DNA of 62,532 nucleotides, the filler included. It is 4 parts of 4 records of this genome, joined end to end, with 100 filler letters (N's around TTAATTAATTAA, not from the genome) between each part and the next. Parts side by side here need not be neighbours in the genome. Positions count along the whole stretch, not along the records: positions 1 to 14,532 come from DRR723986_15946; positions 14,633 to 20,782 come from DRR723986_15969; 2 more parts are not named here. The stretch is one strand, 5' to 3'. Below, piece after piece: positions 6,622 to 17,009 of the stretch (the stretch's first letter is position 1; every line of letters begins with the position of its first letter). The notes beneath the pieces are model-generated. The model had not been told where the DNA came from. It was given only the letters and a program-made list of their open reading frames with translations, and did no database searches. The position numbers and the translations under genes are program-made.

Positions 6622-6679
6622 CGGGTGGCTCTGCCGTCATTTAATAGATTAAGCAGTCTCACCCTCCCTGGCTTGGTTT

Positions 6680-6725
6680 AGGCGGCATCCACGAAACGTC
6701 CTTTGTGCCCCGCCGCATGCCGCCT
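6680..6725. repeat. Inverted repeat (REP-like or terminator) at the array boundary
   Basis: AGGCGGCAT 6680-6688 / ATGCCGCCT 6717-6725 between convergent genes. Confidence 0.45.
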
Positions 6726-6744
6726 CGAATGGTTTCAGCCTCTA

Positions 6745-7245
6745 TCAGTAGGCGCCTTCACTGTATATCAGCTCGTAGCTGTGGCTGTAGATCTCTACGA
6801 TATTCCCAAACGGGTCTTCCATGTAGATCATGCGGTAGGGCTTCTCGCCCGGGTAATAGTAGCGAGGTTGTTCCATGCGCTTTTTACCACCCGCAGCCAC
6901 AATCCGCTCTGCCAGTTCCTCCACGTTCGGGTCTTGAACACAGAAGTGAAAGACCCCGGTTTTCCAATACTCGAAATTGTCTTCCGGGTTGGTCTGGTTC
7001 TTGAACTGAAAAAGCTCCACGCCGATCCGATCGCCTGTCGACAGGTGGGCGATACGGAAGCTGCCCCAGCCCGCGCCGAAGACATCGGTGCACATTTCTC
7101 CGATGGCGCTGTCGTCCTCTTCGATCTCGGTTGGTTCCATGATCAGGTACCAGCCCATCACCTCTGTGTAGAACTTTACGGCTTGCTCAAGGTCGGGCAC
7201 GGAGATGCCGATGTGTGAGAAATTTCTTGGGTAAACGTTGTTCAT
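6745..7245 (-). CDS. Lactoylglutathione lyase-like (VOC) family protein
   Basis: FSHIGISVPDLEQAVKFYTEVMG, FHFCVQDP, YMEDPFGNIVEI. Confidence 0.9.
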   Translation of the reverse strand: MNNVYPRNFSHIGISVPDLEQAVKFYTEVMGWYLIMEPTEIEEDDSAIGEMCTDVFGAGWGSFRIAHLSTGDRIGVELFQFKNQTNPEDNFEYWKTGVFHFCVQDPNVEELAERIVAAGGKKRMEQPRYYYPGEKPYRMIYMEDPFGNIVEIYSHSYELIYSEGAY

Positions 7246-7326
7246 TTCCTGTCCTCCTCTGTTAAGGCTGAGAGCAGGTTACACACGATCATTGATCAGA
7301 TAAAATTATCATTTATTCTTTAAAAG

Positions 7327-7341
7327 ATTACGCAATGTAAT
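7327..7341. promoter_or_regulatory. LysR-type T-N11-A box
   Basis: ATTAC-GCAAT-GTAAT palindrome overlapping the lysR start in a divergent intergenic region. Confidence 0.55.
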
Positions 7342-8209
7342 GATAAATACGACATGGTTGCGCACCTTTTGCACTCTGGTGGAAGTTGGTCATTTCACCC
7401 GTACGGCGGAACGCCTGCATATGACACAGCCGGGCGTTAGTCAGCATATACGTAAGCTTGAGGAGCAAATCGGCGCCGAATTGCTGGTGCGGCAGGGTAA
7501 ACAGTTTTCTCTATCTGGTGCCGGCGAGAGGCTTTATGCCGAGGCGCAGAGCATCCTATTTGCGTTGTCGAATCTGGAACAGACAATCGCAGAGGACCCG
7601 CCTTTCGAAGGCAGTGTGCGGATAATGTCTCCGGGCAGTGTCGGGCTGAAACTTTACCCACATCTGTTGGCGCTACAGAGCAAGCACCCGAAGCTGATCA
7701 TTGATTACCGGTTTGCGCCGAATTCCGATGTGGAAAAGGCGATTGCCGGGTCGGGTGTCGATCTTGGATTCATGACGTCGAGATCGACGTTGGCGGACGT
7801 AAGCTGCACGCCTGTGGCGCACGAAGCGCTGTTGCTGGTAACACCGGCATCCATCGAAGAACCGGACTGGGACACGTTGATGAACCTGGGGTTTATTGAC
7901 CACCCGGATGGGAGTCATCACGCGAGTTTGCTTCTCGGTGCCAATTACCCTCAGTTCCAGCACAGCAACCTGTTTCCGAAGAAAGGGTTCTCAAACCAGA
8001 TTGGTCTGATTCTGGAGCCAGTGAGCATGGGCTTGGGTTTTACCGTTCTGCCTGCGCATGCCGTCGAGGCCTTTGAGAAGCCCGGGCAGATCAGAGTTCA
8101 TCCCCTCGCCAACCCCGTGAGTGAAACGCTGTATCTCTGCGTTCCCCGGCATCGGGCCCTGGCGGCGAGAATGAAGACGGTCATTGCTGAGGCAAAACGG
8201 TGGATTTAA
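7340..8209 (+). CDS. LysR family transcriptional regulator
   Basis: [30 protein letters not shown]; 289 aa. Confidence 0.95.
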   Translation: MINTTWLRTFCTLVEVGHFTRTAERLHMTQPGVSQHIRKLEEQIGAELLVRQGKQFSLSGAGERLYAEAQSILFALSNLEQTIAEDPPFEGSVRIMSPGSVGLKLYPHLLALQSKHPKLIIDYRFAPNSDVEKAIAGSGVDLGFMTSRSTLADVSCTPVAHEALLLVTPASIEEPDWDTLMNLGFIDHPDGSHHASLLLGANYPQFQHSNLFPKKGFSNQIGLILEPVSMGLGFTVLPAHAVEAFEKPGQIRVHPLANPVSETLYLCVPRHRALAARMKTVIAEAKRWI

Positions 8210-8238
8210 TCCTGCCTGAAAACCTACCAAACGAGGCG

Positions 8239-8640
8239 CTACCGTTTGGGCAGCGCATCATCGATATCCACGATCCGGCGGTCATAGAAGAAGTGTCCGT
8301 TTGGCTTGTAGGACTCGGGAAGCGCGTACCCGTTGGTCTTGAGCACCAGAATCTGTGACACCAGTTTCCAGCCCATGGCATTGGTGTTGTAAAGCACTTC
8401 GCCACAGTTCCCGCAGAATACACGGGTCATGCGCTTGGAAGGGTGCTGAAAGGTTTTCACATCCGACTCGCCCTTGGTCACCGTAACCTGGTCTGCTTCC
8501 CAGGCCAGTACGGAGTGATAGGGGACCTGAAGCAGGTCCCGGCAGTCTTCGCAGTGGCAGAACGCATGGACCTTCGGGTCGCCGGTCATGGTGACTTCCA
8601 CGGCGCCGCAGTCGCAATGAACCTGGTGTGTATCGGTCAT
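8239..8640 (-). CDS. GFA (CENP-V/GFA Zn-binding) family protein
   Basis: CDCGAV, CHCEDCR, FCGNCG; ATG 8640 after GGAG/AAAGG. Confidence 0.9.
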   Translation of the reverse strand: MTDTHQVHCDCGAVEVTMTGDPKVHAFCHCEDCRDLLQVPYHSVLAWEADQVTVTKGESDVKTFQHPSKRMTRVFCGNCGEVLYNTNAMGWKLVSQILVLKTNGYALPESYKPNGHFFYDRRIVDIDDALPKR

Positions 8641-8686
8641 GCTACCTTTCTCCCTCCCGACAATAATCGGGTTTCGACAGTAGTGA

Positions 8687-9067
8687 TCAGGGTTTGTCCT
8701 CAACAATGATTGCAACCACTTCGCTCTCGCCGCTGTTGGTGACCTGGTGCGTCCAGGCCTCGTGCCACATCACGTGTCCGTCCGGCACGTTTGCCTGAAA
8801 TGATTTTCCATTCGGCTGGGTGATGGTGAGTTGGCCGCCTTTCTCAAAGTAGACTGTTTCGTTGTGGTGGCGGTGCATGGCGTCGGATTCGCCGGGTTGC
8901 AGTACTATCTTCAGCACTAACACATGCTCGTTCTCTTTGAGCACGCTGTAATACTCGGGGGAGGCCACGTGCGCGGCCTGGTCCTCCTGGCTTTCTGCGT
9001 TGGCTCCCCCGGTAGCCGCCAGCAAGGCGGCGCCGAAAAGCAGGTTCCGTAGATTGGTGCTGGGCAT
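8687..9067 (-). CDS. Secreted cupin-domain protein
   Basis: Signal peptide; LQPGESDAMHRH...WTHQVTN. Confidence 0.85.
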   Translation of the reverse strand: MPSTNLRNLLFGAALLAATGGANAESQEDQAAHVASPEYYSVLKENEHVLVLKIVLQPGESDAMHRHHNETVYFEKGGQLTITQPNGKSFQANVPDGHVMWHEAWTHQVTNSGESEVVAIIVEDKP

Positions 9068-9078
9068 GGCTGCCTCCT

Positions 9079-9672
9079 TTAGGCGGTTGGAATCTCGGCA
9101 GCGAGGTGGGTCCGAAAACGCTGGAAATCCGATTCCACCTGCGGGTTTTTCATCACGTCGTAGCAGGCGAAAGTGTTCAGTGCTTCCATGCCGAAGAAGC
9201 GGAAGTTCATGTGCATGGGAAACAGCAGGTCGTCTACGCTGGCACCGCGGAAGAGATACTCCTCCGGGTTGTTGAATGCTTCTTCGGGGGCATTGAAGGT
9301 GAGCGACAGCAGGTATTTTTTGCCATGCAGCGTGCCGCCATTGCCATAATTTGCCTTGGGAGCCTCTTCGGTGCGGCCGTCACCGTTGCACAACGCGCCG
9401 CCCATGCCGACGGTATAGACCTCATCCATGTATTTCTTGAAGACCCAGGGTACGCCCATCCAGTTCACCGGCGTTTGCAGCAGGATGATGTCTGCCCACT
9501 GGTGGTTCTCCAGCTCCTGCTCCACGTTCCAGCCTTTGTCGACTTCCACGATTCGGGTTTGATGGCCGTTGGCTGTAAGTATCTCATCGGCCATCTGAAC
9601 CAGAGTTCCGTTGAGTTTGCCTTCTGCGAAGGGGTAGTAGTGGTGTGCATTGATGATGAGGATATTGCTCAT
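9079..9672 (-). CDS. NAD(P)H-dependent quinone oxidoreductase (MdaB-like flavodoxin fold)
   Basis: ILIINAH, QTPVNWMGVPW.FKKYMDEV, LSLTFNAP. Confidence 0.9.
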   Translation of the reverse strand: MSNILIINAHHYYPFAEGKLNGTLVQMADEILTANGHQTRIVEVDKGWNVEQELENHQWADIILLQTPVNWMGVPWVFKKYMDEVYTVGMGGALCNGDGRTEEAPKANYGNGGTLHGKKYLLSLTFNAPEEAFNNPEEYLFRGASVDDLLFPMHMNFRFFGMEALNTFACYDVMKNPQVESDFQRFRTHLAAEIPTA

Positions 9673-9688
9673 CGGAGCCTCCATAATT

Positions 9689-9759
9689 GGTAACGAAAGT
9701 ACTGCTGGTATACTATGGTTACCTGTTAATGGTGATCAATTAGTATACTTTTGGTAACC
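9689..9759. promoter_or_regulatory. Candidate HxlR-family operator repeats
   Basis: GGTAAC 9689/GTTACC 9718 inverted repeat; GTATACT..GGTWACC direct repeats at 9708 and 9743. Confidence 0.45.
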
Positions 9760-9782
9760 TGCTGCCAGTTGCTGGAGAATGA

Positions 9783-10142
9783 ATGGAAAGTCGCGTAGAA
9801 ACAGACAATTATGGTCGGAAAAAAGTTTTTAACGCCTGTATGGAGCCCTGCGCTATTGAGCGGGGCATGCGCATCATTGGCGGAAAATGGACCGGTTCCA
9901 TCATCTATCATCTGAAAGACGGCCCGGTGCGCTTCAACGATCTTGCCCGCATGCTTGGTGGTGCCAGCAAGAAGATGATTGATCAGCGCCTGAAGGAACT
10001 GGAGGCTCGGGAGATGGTGGTGCGCAAGGTCATCAATGATCGGCCAGTCGCGGTCACTTATGAGTTGACCGACTTTGGCCGCAGCGCGCTCAAGATCCTT
10101 GACGATCTCAGGGTTTGGTCAGAGAAATACGATATCAGCTAG
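9783..10142 (+). CDS. HxlR/DUF24 family winged-helix regulator
   Basis: CAIE...IGGKW, RFNDL, LKELE, VTYELTDFG; divergent from the quinone reductase. Confidence 0.92.
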   Translation: MESRVETDNYGRKKVFNACMEPCAIERGMRIIGGKWTGSIIYHLKDGPVRFNDLARMLGGASKKMIDQRLKELEAREMVVRKVINDRPVAVTYELTDFGRSALKILDDLRVWSEKYDIS

Positions 10143-10177
10143 CTGGATTTTCGAGGGTGACTGATCAGAACCTAAGG

Positions 10178-11389
10178 CTACGTATTGAGCAATTGCCCCG
10201 ATTGAACGTTCTGGCCTTCTGTTACCAGATCGACAACGCGGTTACGCCCCTGTTTTTTGGCGGTGTACAGCGCGTTGTCCGCACGGTGCAGCACGGCACT
10301 CCACTCGCGGTCTCTGGAATCGTAGTGAGCCACTCCGAAACTGGCCGAGAGCGTTAAACAGACATCATCACCAATCGTGATCTGGGTGTCTGCCGTTTTG
10401 GCTCTGAGTTTCTCCGCCACCTCTAATCCCTGCTCGGTGTCTTTACCAGGCAACAGCAGAACAAATTCTTCGCCCCCGAAACGCGCCACCACGTCATGCT
10501 TTCGTATGTGCTCTTTGAGCGTATTGGCAAAGCGCCTCAATACCTCATCGCCTACATGATGGCCGTACTCGTCATTCACGTTTTTGAAGTGGTCCAGGTC
10601 GCACATGATAATGGCGAAGGGCGCACCTGAACGCTGCGCTCGGCTGAACTCAATGTCACAACATTCGTCGAATGCCCGCCTGTTGTAGAGCCCCGTTAAT
10701 GGATCAATCCTGGCGATTTCGGAGAGTTCATCCTGCAACTCATCGGACGCCATCCATATCGTGCAGAAGGATGACAGAATAACCAGTAGTTCTCCGGCAA
10801 TGATCGTCAGGGCGCTGAGCAGCCCAGCCCTCATGAAATCTTGAGGCGGTATGGCGTAGAACGACCAGAAAAAGCGGAAAATAAACAAGCTACTCATCAG
10901 CAAAAACATGGCGATGAGCATTTTGGCGACCATGCGGTTGCGGATGTCACGGTGTTTCAGCAGTCCGCTGGCACCGATCAGGCAGATCGCTGCACAGACC
11001 ATAGAGAAGGTCTGTATACGGATATTTATATCTGGAATATGAAAGGTGTAGAAATACAGTAAAGCAGCAAGCAGGACCACCAGTGTGGTGCTCAGCCAAC
11101 GCTCATGGCGCAGCGTGATACCCAGGAAACGAAACAGCCCCCGGTAAATCAGCACAACGCCCATAATGATTGCGATATTGGCAATCACGATGGACAGGAA
11201 ATCGTAGATTACATGGCGCAGGCCGAGCAGCACGCAGCCGCCGCCGATCAGAAAATAGCCTGCGCCCATGGTTCGGATTCCGGAGAACTTGGTATGTTCT
11301 CTGGAATAAGCAAACATACCAAGACCGAACACCAAGCTGAACAGCATTAATGTCAGGCTCAGGGTGCGAAAATCAAGCTGAATAGCCAT
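10178..11389 (-). CDS. Membrane-bound GGDEF diguanylate cyclase
   Basis: Multi-TM N-terminus; DPLTGLYNRR, DLDHFK, RKHD I-site, RFGGEEF. Confidence 0.93.
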   Translation of the reverse strand: MAIQLDFRTLSLTLMLFSLVFGLGMFAYSREHTKFSGIRTMGAGYFLIGGGCVLLGLRHVIYDFLSIVIANIAIIMGVVLIYRGLFRFLGITLRHERWLSTTLVVLLAALLYFYTFHIPDINIRIQTFSMVCAAICLIGASGLLKHRDIRNRMVAKMLIAMFLLMSSLFIFRFFWSFYAIPPQDFMRAGLLSALTIIAGELLVILSSFCTIWMASDELQDELSEIARIDPLTGLYNRRAFDECCDIEFSRAQRSGAPFAIIMCDLDHFKNVNDEYGHHVGDEVLRRFANTLKEHIRKHDVVARFGGEEFVLLLPGKDTEQGLEVAEKLRAKTADTQITIGDDVCLTLSASFGVAHYDSRDREWSAVLHRADNALYTAKKQGRNRVVDLVTEGQNVQSGQLLNT

Positions 11390-11548
11390 GGGCTTTCCTG
11401 TAAAAAATGGCAGCGGCGCCTGCGCTCCACTGAGGTCCATTGTAGCGGTTAAGCCTGCGCCATGCAGCCAGTTGGTGGTGCCTTTGCCGAAGCTTTGCAT
11501 GCACGCGAACACCGGTTGTTACCTCGAATACTGAAGGGAGGGAATGCG

Positions 11549-11956
11549 ATGACGGATTGTGTTGGCTCTTGCCTGTGTGGCGCCGTGAAGTTCGAGGTGC
11601 ACGGAGACTTCGACAGCTTTTACCTGTGTCATTGCCGGCATTGCCAGAAGGACACCGGGTCTGCCCATGCGGCAAACCTGTTCTCCCAGTCGGCCCGGCT
11701 GGTCTGGCTGGCGGGTGAGGAGGCCGTGGCCTCCTATACGCTCCCGGGCACCCGGCACCAGAAGTGTTTTTGCCGGACCTGTGGCTCGGCAGTGCCCAAC
11801 ACCCATATTCCGGGTTTGCTGGTCGTGCCCGCCGGGTGTCTGGACTCGGAGCTCTCCCGGGTGCCTACCGCGCATCTTTTCACGTCGAGCCGGGCAGCCT
11901 GGGATCGTGCGCTGGGCGATGTGCCGGAGTTCTCCGGTTTACCGAAGGCGACTTGA
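11549..11956 (+). CDS. GFA family protein
   Basis: GSCLCGAV, CHCRHCQK, FCRTCGS. Confidence 0.9.
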   Translation: MTDCVGSCLCGAVKFEVHGDFDSFYLCHCRHCQKDTGSAHAANLFSQSARLVWLAGEEAVASYTLPGTRHQKCFCRTCGSAVPNTHIPGLLVVPAGCLDSELSRVPTAHLFTSSRAAWDRALGDVPEFSGLPKAT

Positions 11957-11984
11957 CGCAGGCTATAGTGCTGAAGGACGGCGG

Positions 11985-12386
11985 ATGATGATCACGGTTT
12001 TACTGAAGGGCCTGTTGGTCTGGGGCGGTATTCTGGTGCTTGCCATCGCCAATGGCGTGCTGCGGGAAGCGGTTTTGGAACCTGCATTCGGCAGGTCGGT
12101 TGCGCTGGTGCTGAGCGGTATTCTGCTTTCACTGCTGATTATTGGTATGGCCTACGTTGCCTTGCCCTGGCTGAATGTCCGTCACCTGGCGGGGCTCTTT
12201 GGCCTGGGGGCGGCCTGGCTGGTGCTTACGTTGGTGTTCGAGTTCTCCTTCGGGCTCTGGCAGGGGAAATCCTGGGCAGAGTTGCTGGAGGCCTACACGT
12301 TCAGGGGCGGTAACCTCTGGCCAATAGTTCTCGCGGTGACCGTATTCGCGCCTTACCTTGCTGCCAGGCTGAGGCAGCTCTTGTAA
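11985..12386 (+). CDS. Conserved membrane protein (4 TM)
   Basis: AIANGVLRE, WLVLTLVFEFSFG, GGNLW motifs. Confidence 0.8.
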   Translation: MMITVLLKGLLVWGGILVLAIANGVLREAVLEPAFGRSVALVLSGILLSLLIIGMAYVALPWLNVRHLAGLFGLGAAWLVLTLVFEFSFGLWQGKSWAELLEAYTFRGGNLWPIVLAVTVFAPYLAARLRQLL

Positions 12387-12417
12387 GCAGCCTGAAAGGT
12401 TTCGCATGGTTGCTGTT

Positions 12418-13446
12418 TCAGTCAGACCTGCGTTTTCTGTATTCGTCCGGGGTCATCCCGAACCATCGCTTGAATGCGCGCCGGAAATTGGCGCTGTCGT
12501 GGTAGTTCATCAATTCCGCAATGGCCTCTACCGCCAACGGGCTGTCACGCAGGTAGCCTGCCGCCTGCTGTGAAAGCACCTGATCCCTCAGTGCCCGAAA
12601 ACTCGTTCCTTCCGCGTTCAGTCTCCGTGCCAGTGTTCGTTTGCTGATGAACAACTGCGCGGCGACCTCGTCTTCACTCAGGGCCCCGGGCGGGGTCGAC
12701 AACATCGCTTTCTGTACCCGGGCCCGGTATCCGCTGTCGCTGGCCTTCAGCTGATCCAGCATGGCCTGGCATTGTTTCAGCGCCAGCTGGTAGTTCTCGT
12801 GATTGGCCGAGGCATTCGGCACTTTGCACACCGGGAGGGGTAGCTCCAGAGCAATCACGGGTGACCGGAACTGCACGGTGCAGGGCAGATAACGGCCGTA
12901 GAGTTCGCGGTAAGCAGGTTCAGCGTGGGCAAAGGCCAGCACGGCCTCATGCAGGGGGCGGCCGATGATGAACTCGGCGGTGTCGAAGAAAATCACGGCG
13001 AACGCTTCGCTGAGCAGACGTTGCAGGGAAGCGGTCAACGCCAGGTTGAAGGAACAGGTCACCGTCAAACGTTGATTGCGAATGCTCAGGTCCAGTTTTG
13101 CCAGGTTCAGTCGGGTGGGCAGGAAGGTCTGGAAGACTTTCAGGGCGGTGAGCAGGTCCGGGCTGCTGTTTACCAGAAACCCCATCGCTCCGTGGCTGGG
13201 CGAGGTCATGCGTTGGCCCAGCCGTAGCCCCAGGGCCTCGTCGCCGGCCAGGGTGAGGCTGTTCTGCAGTACCTGGACCTGCTGAATCGGGGTCAGCAGG
13301 GTGTCTTCCTGTAGCAACTGATTCACGGTCAGGCCGGTGCCATGCAGCAGTTTGCGCAACTCCCGAGGCTGAAGGCCCAGTTCCCGCGCAATCAACCGGC
13401 TGTAATTGGAGGGAATACACGCCCTGTCCGGGTTGGTGGTCAGCAT
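12418..13446 (-). CDS. AraC family regulator divergent from CYP153 operon
   Basis: C-terminal HTH SKRTLARRL...YHDSANFRRAFKRWFGMTP. Confidence 0.93.
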   Translation of the reverse strand: MLTTNPDRACIPSNYSRLIARELGLQPRELRKLLHGTGLTVNQLLQEDTLLTPIQQVQVLQNSLTLAGDEALGLRLGQRMTSPSHGAMGFLVNSSPDLLTALKVFQTFLPTRLNLAKLDLSIRNQRLTVTCSFNLALTASLQRLLSEAFAVIFFDTAEFIIGRPLHEAVLAFAHAEPAYRELYGRYLPCTVQFRSPVIALELPLPVCKVPNASANHENYQLALKQCQAMLDQLKASDSGYRARVQKAMLSTPPGALSEDEVAAQLFISKRTLARRLNAEGTSFRALRDQVLSQQAAGYLRDSPLAVEAIAELMNYHDSANFRRAFKRWFGMTPDEYRKRRSD

Positions 13447-13617
13447 GGCGTTAACGGCCTCCGTCTGGGCTCAGGAAGGAGAGGTCGCGGCGCAGGGTCG
13501 CGACAATCAGAGTGTCTTGAAATGACTCCCCTGTGTCAATTGATGACCTGCTGCACCTGTCGGTTCGGCCGTATTCTGGCCTCATTGTCCGATATCAATA
13601 ACAACAGAGGGTGAGTG

Positions 13618-13938
13618 ATGGGCCGTATTACGTTCATTGAACACGATGGCACCGAGCATGTGGTCGACATTGAGGCGGGAAAGTCGCTGATGGAAGCCGC
13701 CACCGAGAATGGGGTGCCGGGTATTGATGCTGACTGTGGCGGTGCCTGCGCCTGTGGTACCTGTCATGTGATGGTGGAGGCCAACTGGTTGCCGGCCACC
13801 GGCGACATGCTGGCCAGTGAGGCGGGCATGCTGTCGATGACGCCGGAGAAAACCGACACTTCAAGGCTGGCGTGTCAGGTGACGGTGTCCGAGGCCATGG
13901 ACGGCATGGTGGTGCGTTTGCCGGAATTCCAGATGTAG
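13618..13938 (+). CDS. 2Fe-2S ferredoxin (putidaredoxin type)
   Basis: DCGGACACGTCHV...SRLACQ. Confidence 0.95.
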   Translation: MGRITFIEHDGTEHVVDIEAGKSLMEAATENGVPGIDADCGGACACGTCHVMVEANWLPATGDMLASEAGMLSMTPEKTDTSRLACQVTVSEAMDGMVVRLPEFQM

Positions 13939-13973
13939 TCAAACCCTGCCAATTACCCGCAAGGAGTCACGTT

Positions 13974-14532
13974 ATGCGCCCGCTTTTATCCCAGCTTGAA
14001 GCCGCTGTTCAGCCCTTGGTCGCGAAAGCCAGTTCCCGCGTTCCCCTGCATTGGCAGATCCGGGGCTCGCACGCACTGCAGGTGGCCCGGCAACGGGCTG
14101 GCCTCAGCCGGCCGGTGCCGGAGTTCCGGGAAACCCCGTTGCCGCCGGTGTCTGAACTGGCGCTGGAACAGATCGATGTCAGCAATCCCTTCCTGTATCG
14201 GCAGGGGCTGTGGGAGTCCTATTTCAAACGGTTAAGGGATGAGTGCCCGGTGCACTACCAAGCCAGCAGTCCGTTTGGTCCGTTCTGGTCGATTACCCGT
14301 TACGAGGACATTCTTTTTGTCGACAAACACCACGAACTGTTCTCCGCCGAGCCCATTATTTCCATCGGCCCGCAGCCAGAGGGGCTGGAGATCGAGACTT
14401 TTATCGCCATGGACCCGCCCCGGCACGATGTGCAGCGCCAGGCGGTGCAGGGGGTGGTGGCACCGAAAAACCTGGCGCAGATGGAGTCGCTGATTCGCCA
14501 GCGTACTGCCGGGGTGCTGGATCAGCTGCCGG
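13974..14532 (+). CDS. Cytochrome P450 CYP153-type alkane hydroxylase, 5' part (contig end)
   Basis: IDVSNPFLY, SPFGPFWSITRYEDI, FIAMDPPRHDVQR, VVAPKNL; AraC-ferredoxin-P450 layout. Confidence 0.88.
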
Positions 14533-14632
14533 NNNNNNNNNNNNNNNNNNNNNNNNNNNNNNNNNNNNNNNNNNNNTTAATTAATTAANNNNNNNNNNNN
14601 NNNNNNNNNNNNNNNNNNNNNNNNNNNNNNNN
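14533..14632. other. Artificial contig linker
   Basis: N44-TTAATTAATTAA-N44 (stops in all frames). Confidence 0.99.
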
Positions 14633-15256
14633 GAAATTCTGCACCATCGCGCGCAGGTTCTGCGCGATGGTCGCGTCCGAACCCGCGAGAATGCCGGCCC
14701 AATCCGGGAAAAGCCCGCGGGTGAACAGGTAGAGAACCCAGAACAGGCAGAAGGCCGCGATGAACCCGCCGAACATGCGCCAGGTCAGGAAAAGCGTGAC
14801 CGCCGCGGCGATGGGAAAGATCACGAAGTCGATCGGGTCCGCGGATGGCAGCAGCCCCGCGTCGGTCGCGAAGATATCCACGATCCAGAGCGTCATCGTG
14901 GCGACCGCGGTACCGGCAAGCACCCAGTTCACCCAGCGCAGGCCCGGCCGGGCCTGAAGCGACAGCGCGGAAACCGCCAGCCCGAGCGCGATGGGCAGAC
15001 CCAGGATCAGGCCCGTGGGCTGCAGCAGGTTGCGCTCGACCGCGCGCCAGCCGGCCCCCAGCCAGTGTTCGCGCATGACGACGCGCTGGTCGCGGCGCGA
15101 CAGCTCGTCCCAGCCCTCGGTCGTGGCCTCGACAAACCAGCGCACGAAATCGCTGATCGGGCCGCCGGCTGCGTATAGCAGGATCACCAGCGTGAAACAC
15201 ACGGCCAGCACATCGCGCATGCGCTGGTCCAGCGGCCGGGGCAAGGCGTCACTCAT
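14633..15256 (-). CDS. TRAP transporter fused 4TM/12TM permease, N-terminal part (truncated)
   Basis: Hydrophobic ORF translationally coupled to the sulfatase (ATGAGTGA overlap). TRAP call is by resemblance. Confidence 0.6.
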
Positions 15257-16907
15257 CGCGCCGCTCCACCGTGAAATCCTGCCGGGCGGACCCCCGATAC
15301 CGGCTGGTCAGCTCTTCAGGCACCTCGGACCCGTCGACGAGGAAGGGCAATATGCCCCTGCGGACCGATCTGCCCCGCCCTGCCAGGATCTCGGCATCGG
15401 ACTTGGTCACGCGCTGGGACATGCGCCGCCCCCACTCGGCCAGGCAGGCATAGAGCCTGTCGATCTCGGCCTGGTGGTCGGCGCCCTTGGCGAGGTCGTG
15501 GAACTCGTCCGGGTCGGTCCGCAGATCGAACAGCATCGGGCGGAACCCGCCTTCGGCATGGACAAGCTTCCGGCGCCCGTCGAAGACCATGAACAACCGG
15601 CAGTCGCGCGGGCGCAGCCCGAGTTTCACGGCCTGCGGCGTTTGCGAGTAGTCGTATTCGGAGATGACGTAGCGCCGCCAATCCTCCGGAGCTTCCCCCC
15701 GGATCCACGGCATCAACGAGCGTCCCTCGATGATGTGGTCCGGCACCTTTCCGCCCGCGGCCTCGACGAATGTCGCGGCCAGGTCGATGGATTCAACGAG
15801 CGCATCGCAGACGGTCCCCCGGGTCGCGTCGGCCTCGGGCCGCGGATCGTAGACGATCATCGGGATCTTGACCGAGGGATCGTGGAACATGTCCTTTTCC
15901 CCCAGCCAGTGATCGCCGAGGTAATCGCCGTGATCGGAGGTCAGGACGATCATCGTGTCCTGCATCCGCCCGGTCTCTTCGAGATGGTCGAGCAGACGGC
16001 CCAGCTGGTCGTCGCATTGCCGGATCAGCCCCATATAGGCCGGGATCACCTTCTGCCGGACCTCGTCCCTCTGGAAGGCCGCAGCGATGCGGTTGTCCAT
16101 GTAGGCGCCATAGACGGGGTGCGGATCCTCGCGCTCGACCGGATCTCGCCGGGCCGCGGGGACGTGATTGGGCCCGTACATGTCGTGGTAGGGCGCCGGG
16201 ACGATATAGGGCCAGTGCGGCTTGATATAGGAAACATGCGCACACCACGGCCCCTCGGCCTGAGCGATGAACTCGATCGTCCGGGTCGTCAGCCACGGGG
16301 TCTCGCTGTCTTCCTCGCGGATATTCGCCGGCTTGTCGGCATTCATGAACATCCAGCCCGAGGCCATGTTGCCGTCATCGTCGATACCGGCATTGGCATT
16401 CTCGGACCAGGGATTGTCCGCGGCATATCCCCTTGATTTCAGGTACTCGTTATAGGGGCTGCGCTTCTCGTCGTAGAAGCCGTCCGGTCCCTCGCCCCAG
16501 AGACCGTCATCGCGCACCCAGGTGTCAAAGCCGCACTCCGCCTGCCGGGCGCCGATGACACTGTCCGGCGCAAGCCCGAGCCGGGCCATCCCCTTCGCAT
16601 CCGCCTTCATGTGGGTCTTGCCGATCAGCCAGCAGGCCATCCCCGCTTCGCGCAGATGGTCGCCCAGGGTCAGCTCGCCGACGCGCAGCGGAAACCCGTT
16701 CCACGCCGCGCCATGCGAGGACACGTAACGCCCCGTGTAGAATGACATGCGCGAGGCGCCGCAGATCGGCGACTGGACATAGGCATTCGTGAAACGCACG
16801 CCACGCGCAGAAACGCGATCGAAATTGGGGGTCTCGAGATGGGGATGTCCAGCGCAGCCGAGGTAATCGAAGCGCAGCTGGTCATACATGATGAACAGGA
16901 TATTCAC
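15249..16907 (-). CDS. Sulfatase-like / phosphonate monoester hydrolase (alkaline phosphatase superfamily)
   Basis: FIMYDQLR, SPICGASRMSFYTGRY, GKTH, KPHWP, TSDHGD, EKD. Confidence 0.92.
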   Translation of the reverse strand: MNILFIMYDQLRFDYLGCAGHPHLETPNFDRVSARGVRFTNAYVQSPICGASRMSFYTGRYVSSHGAAWNGFPLRVGELTLGDHLREAGMACWLIGKTHMKADAKGMARLGLAPDSVIGARQAECGFDTWVRDDGLWGEGPDGFYDEKRSPYNEYLKSRGYAADNPWSENANAGIDDDGNMASGWMFMNADKPANIREEDSETPWLTTRTIEFIAQAEGPWCAHVSYIKPHWPYIVPAPYHDMYGPNHVPAARRDPVEREDPHPVYGAYMDNRIAAAFQRDEVRQKVIPAYMGLIRQCDDQLGRLLDHLEETGRMQDTMIVLTSDHGDYLGDHWLGEKDMFHDPSVKIPMIVYDPRPEADATRGTVCDALVESIDLAATFVEAAGGKVPDHIIEGRSLMPWIRGEAPEDWRRYVISEYDYSQTPQAVKLGLRPRDCRLFMVFDGRRKLVHAEGGFRPMLFDLRTDPDEFHDLAKGADHQAEIDRLYACLAEWGRRMSQRVTKSDAEILAGRGRSVRRGILPFLVDGSEVPEELTSRYRGSARQDFTVERRDE

Positions 16908-17009
16908 GAAACGGCGCCTCCCCCGCGGTCCGTCGGGCCGGTTACACGAGCCCTGGCACAGGCTAACCCGATTCCAGTATAACTCGCTAAGCGCATTTTT
17001 TCAGGCCCA

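Noticed and set aside
6703-7218. 171-aa plus-strand ORF as a 13th cassette
   Set aside because: Antisense to a clear VOC gene; no att sites.
11667-11984. N-terminal extension of the 239-aa ORF
   Set aside because: Overlaps the GFA gene out of frame; the real start is ATG 11985 after AAGGA.
14577-14588. TTAATTAATTAA palindrome repeated three times in the window
   Set aside because: Embedded in N runs of fixed length; an assembly spacer, not biology.
14991-16436. 481-aa plus-strand ORF
   Set aside because: Antisense shadow of the sulfatase in GC-rich DNA; no motifs.
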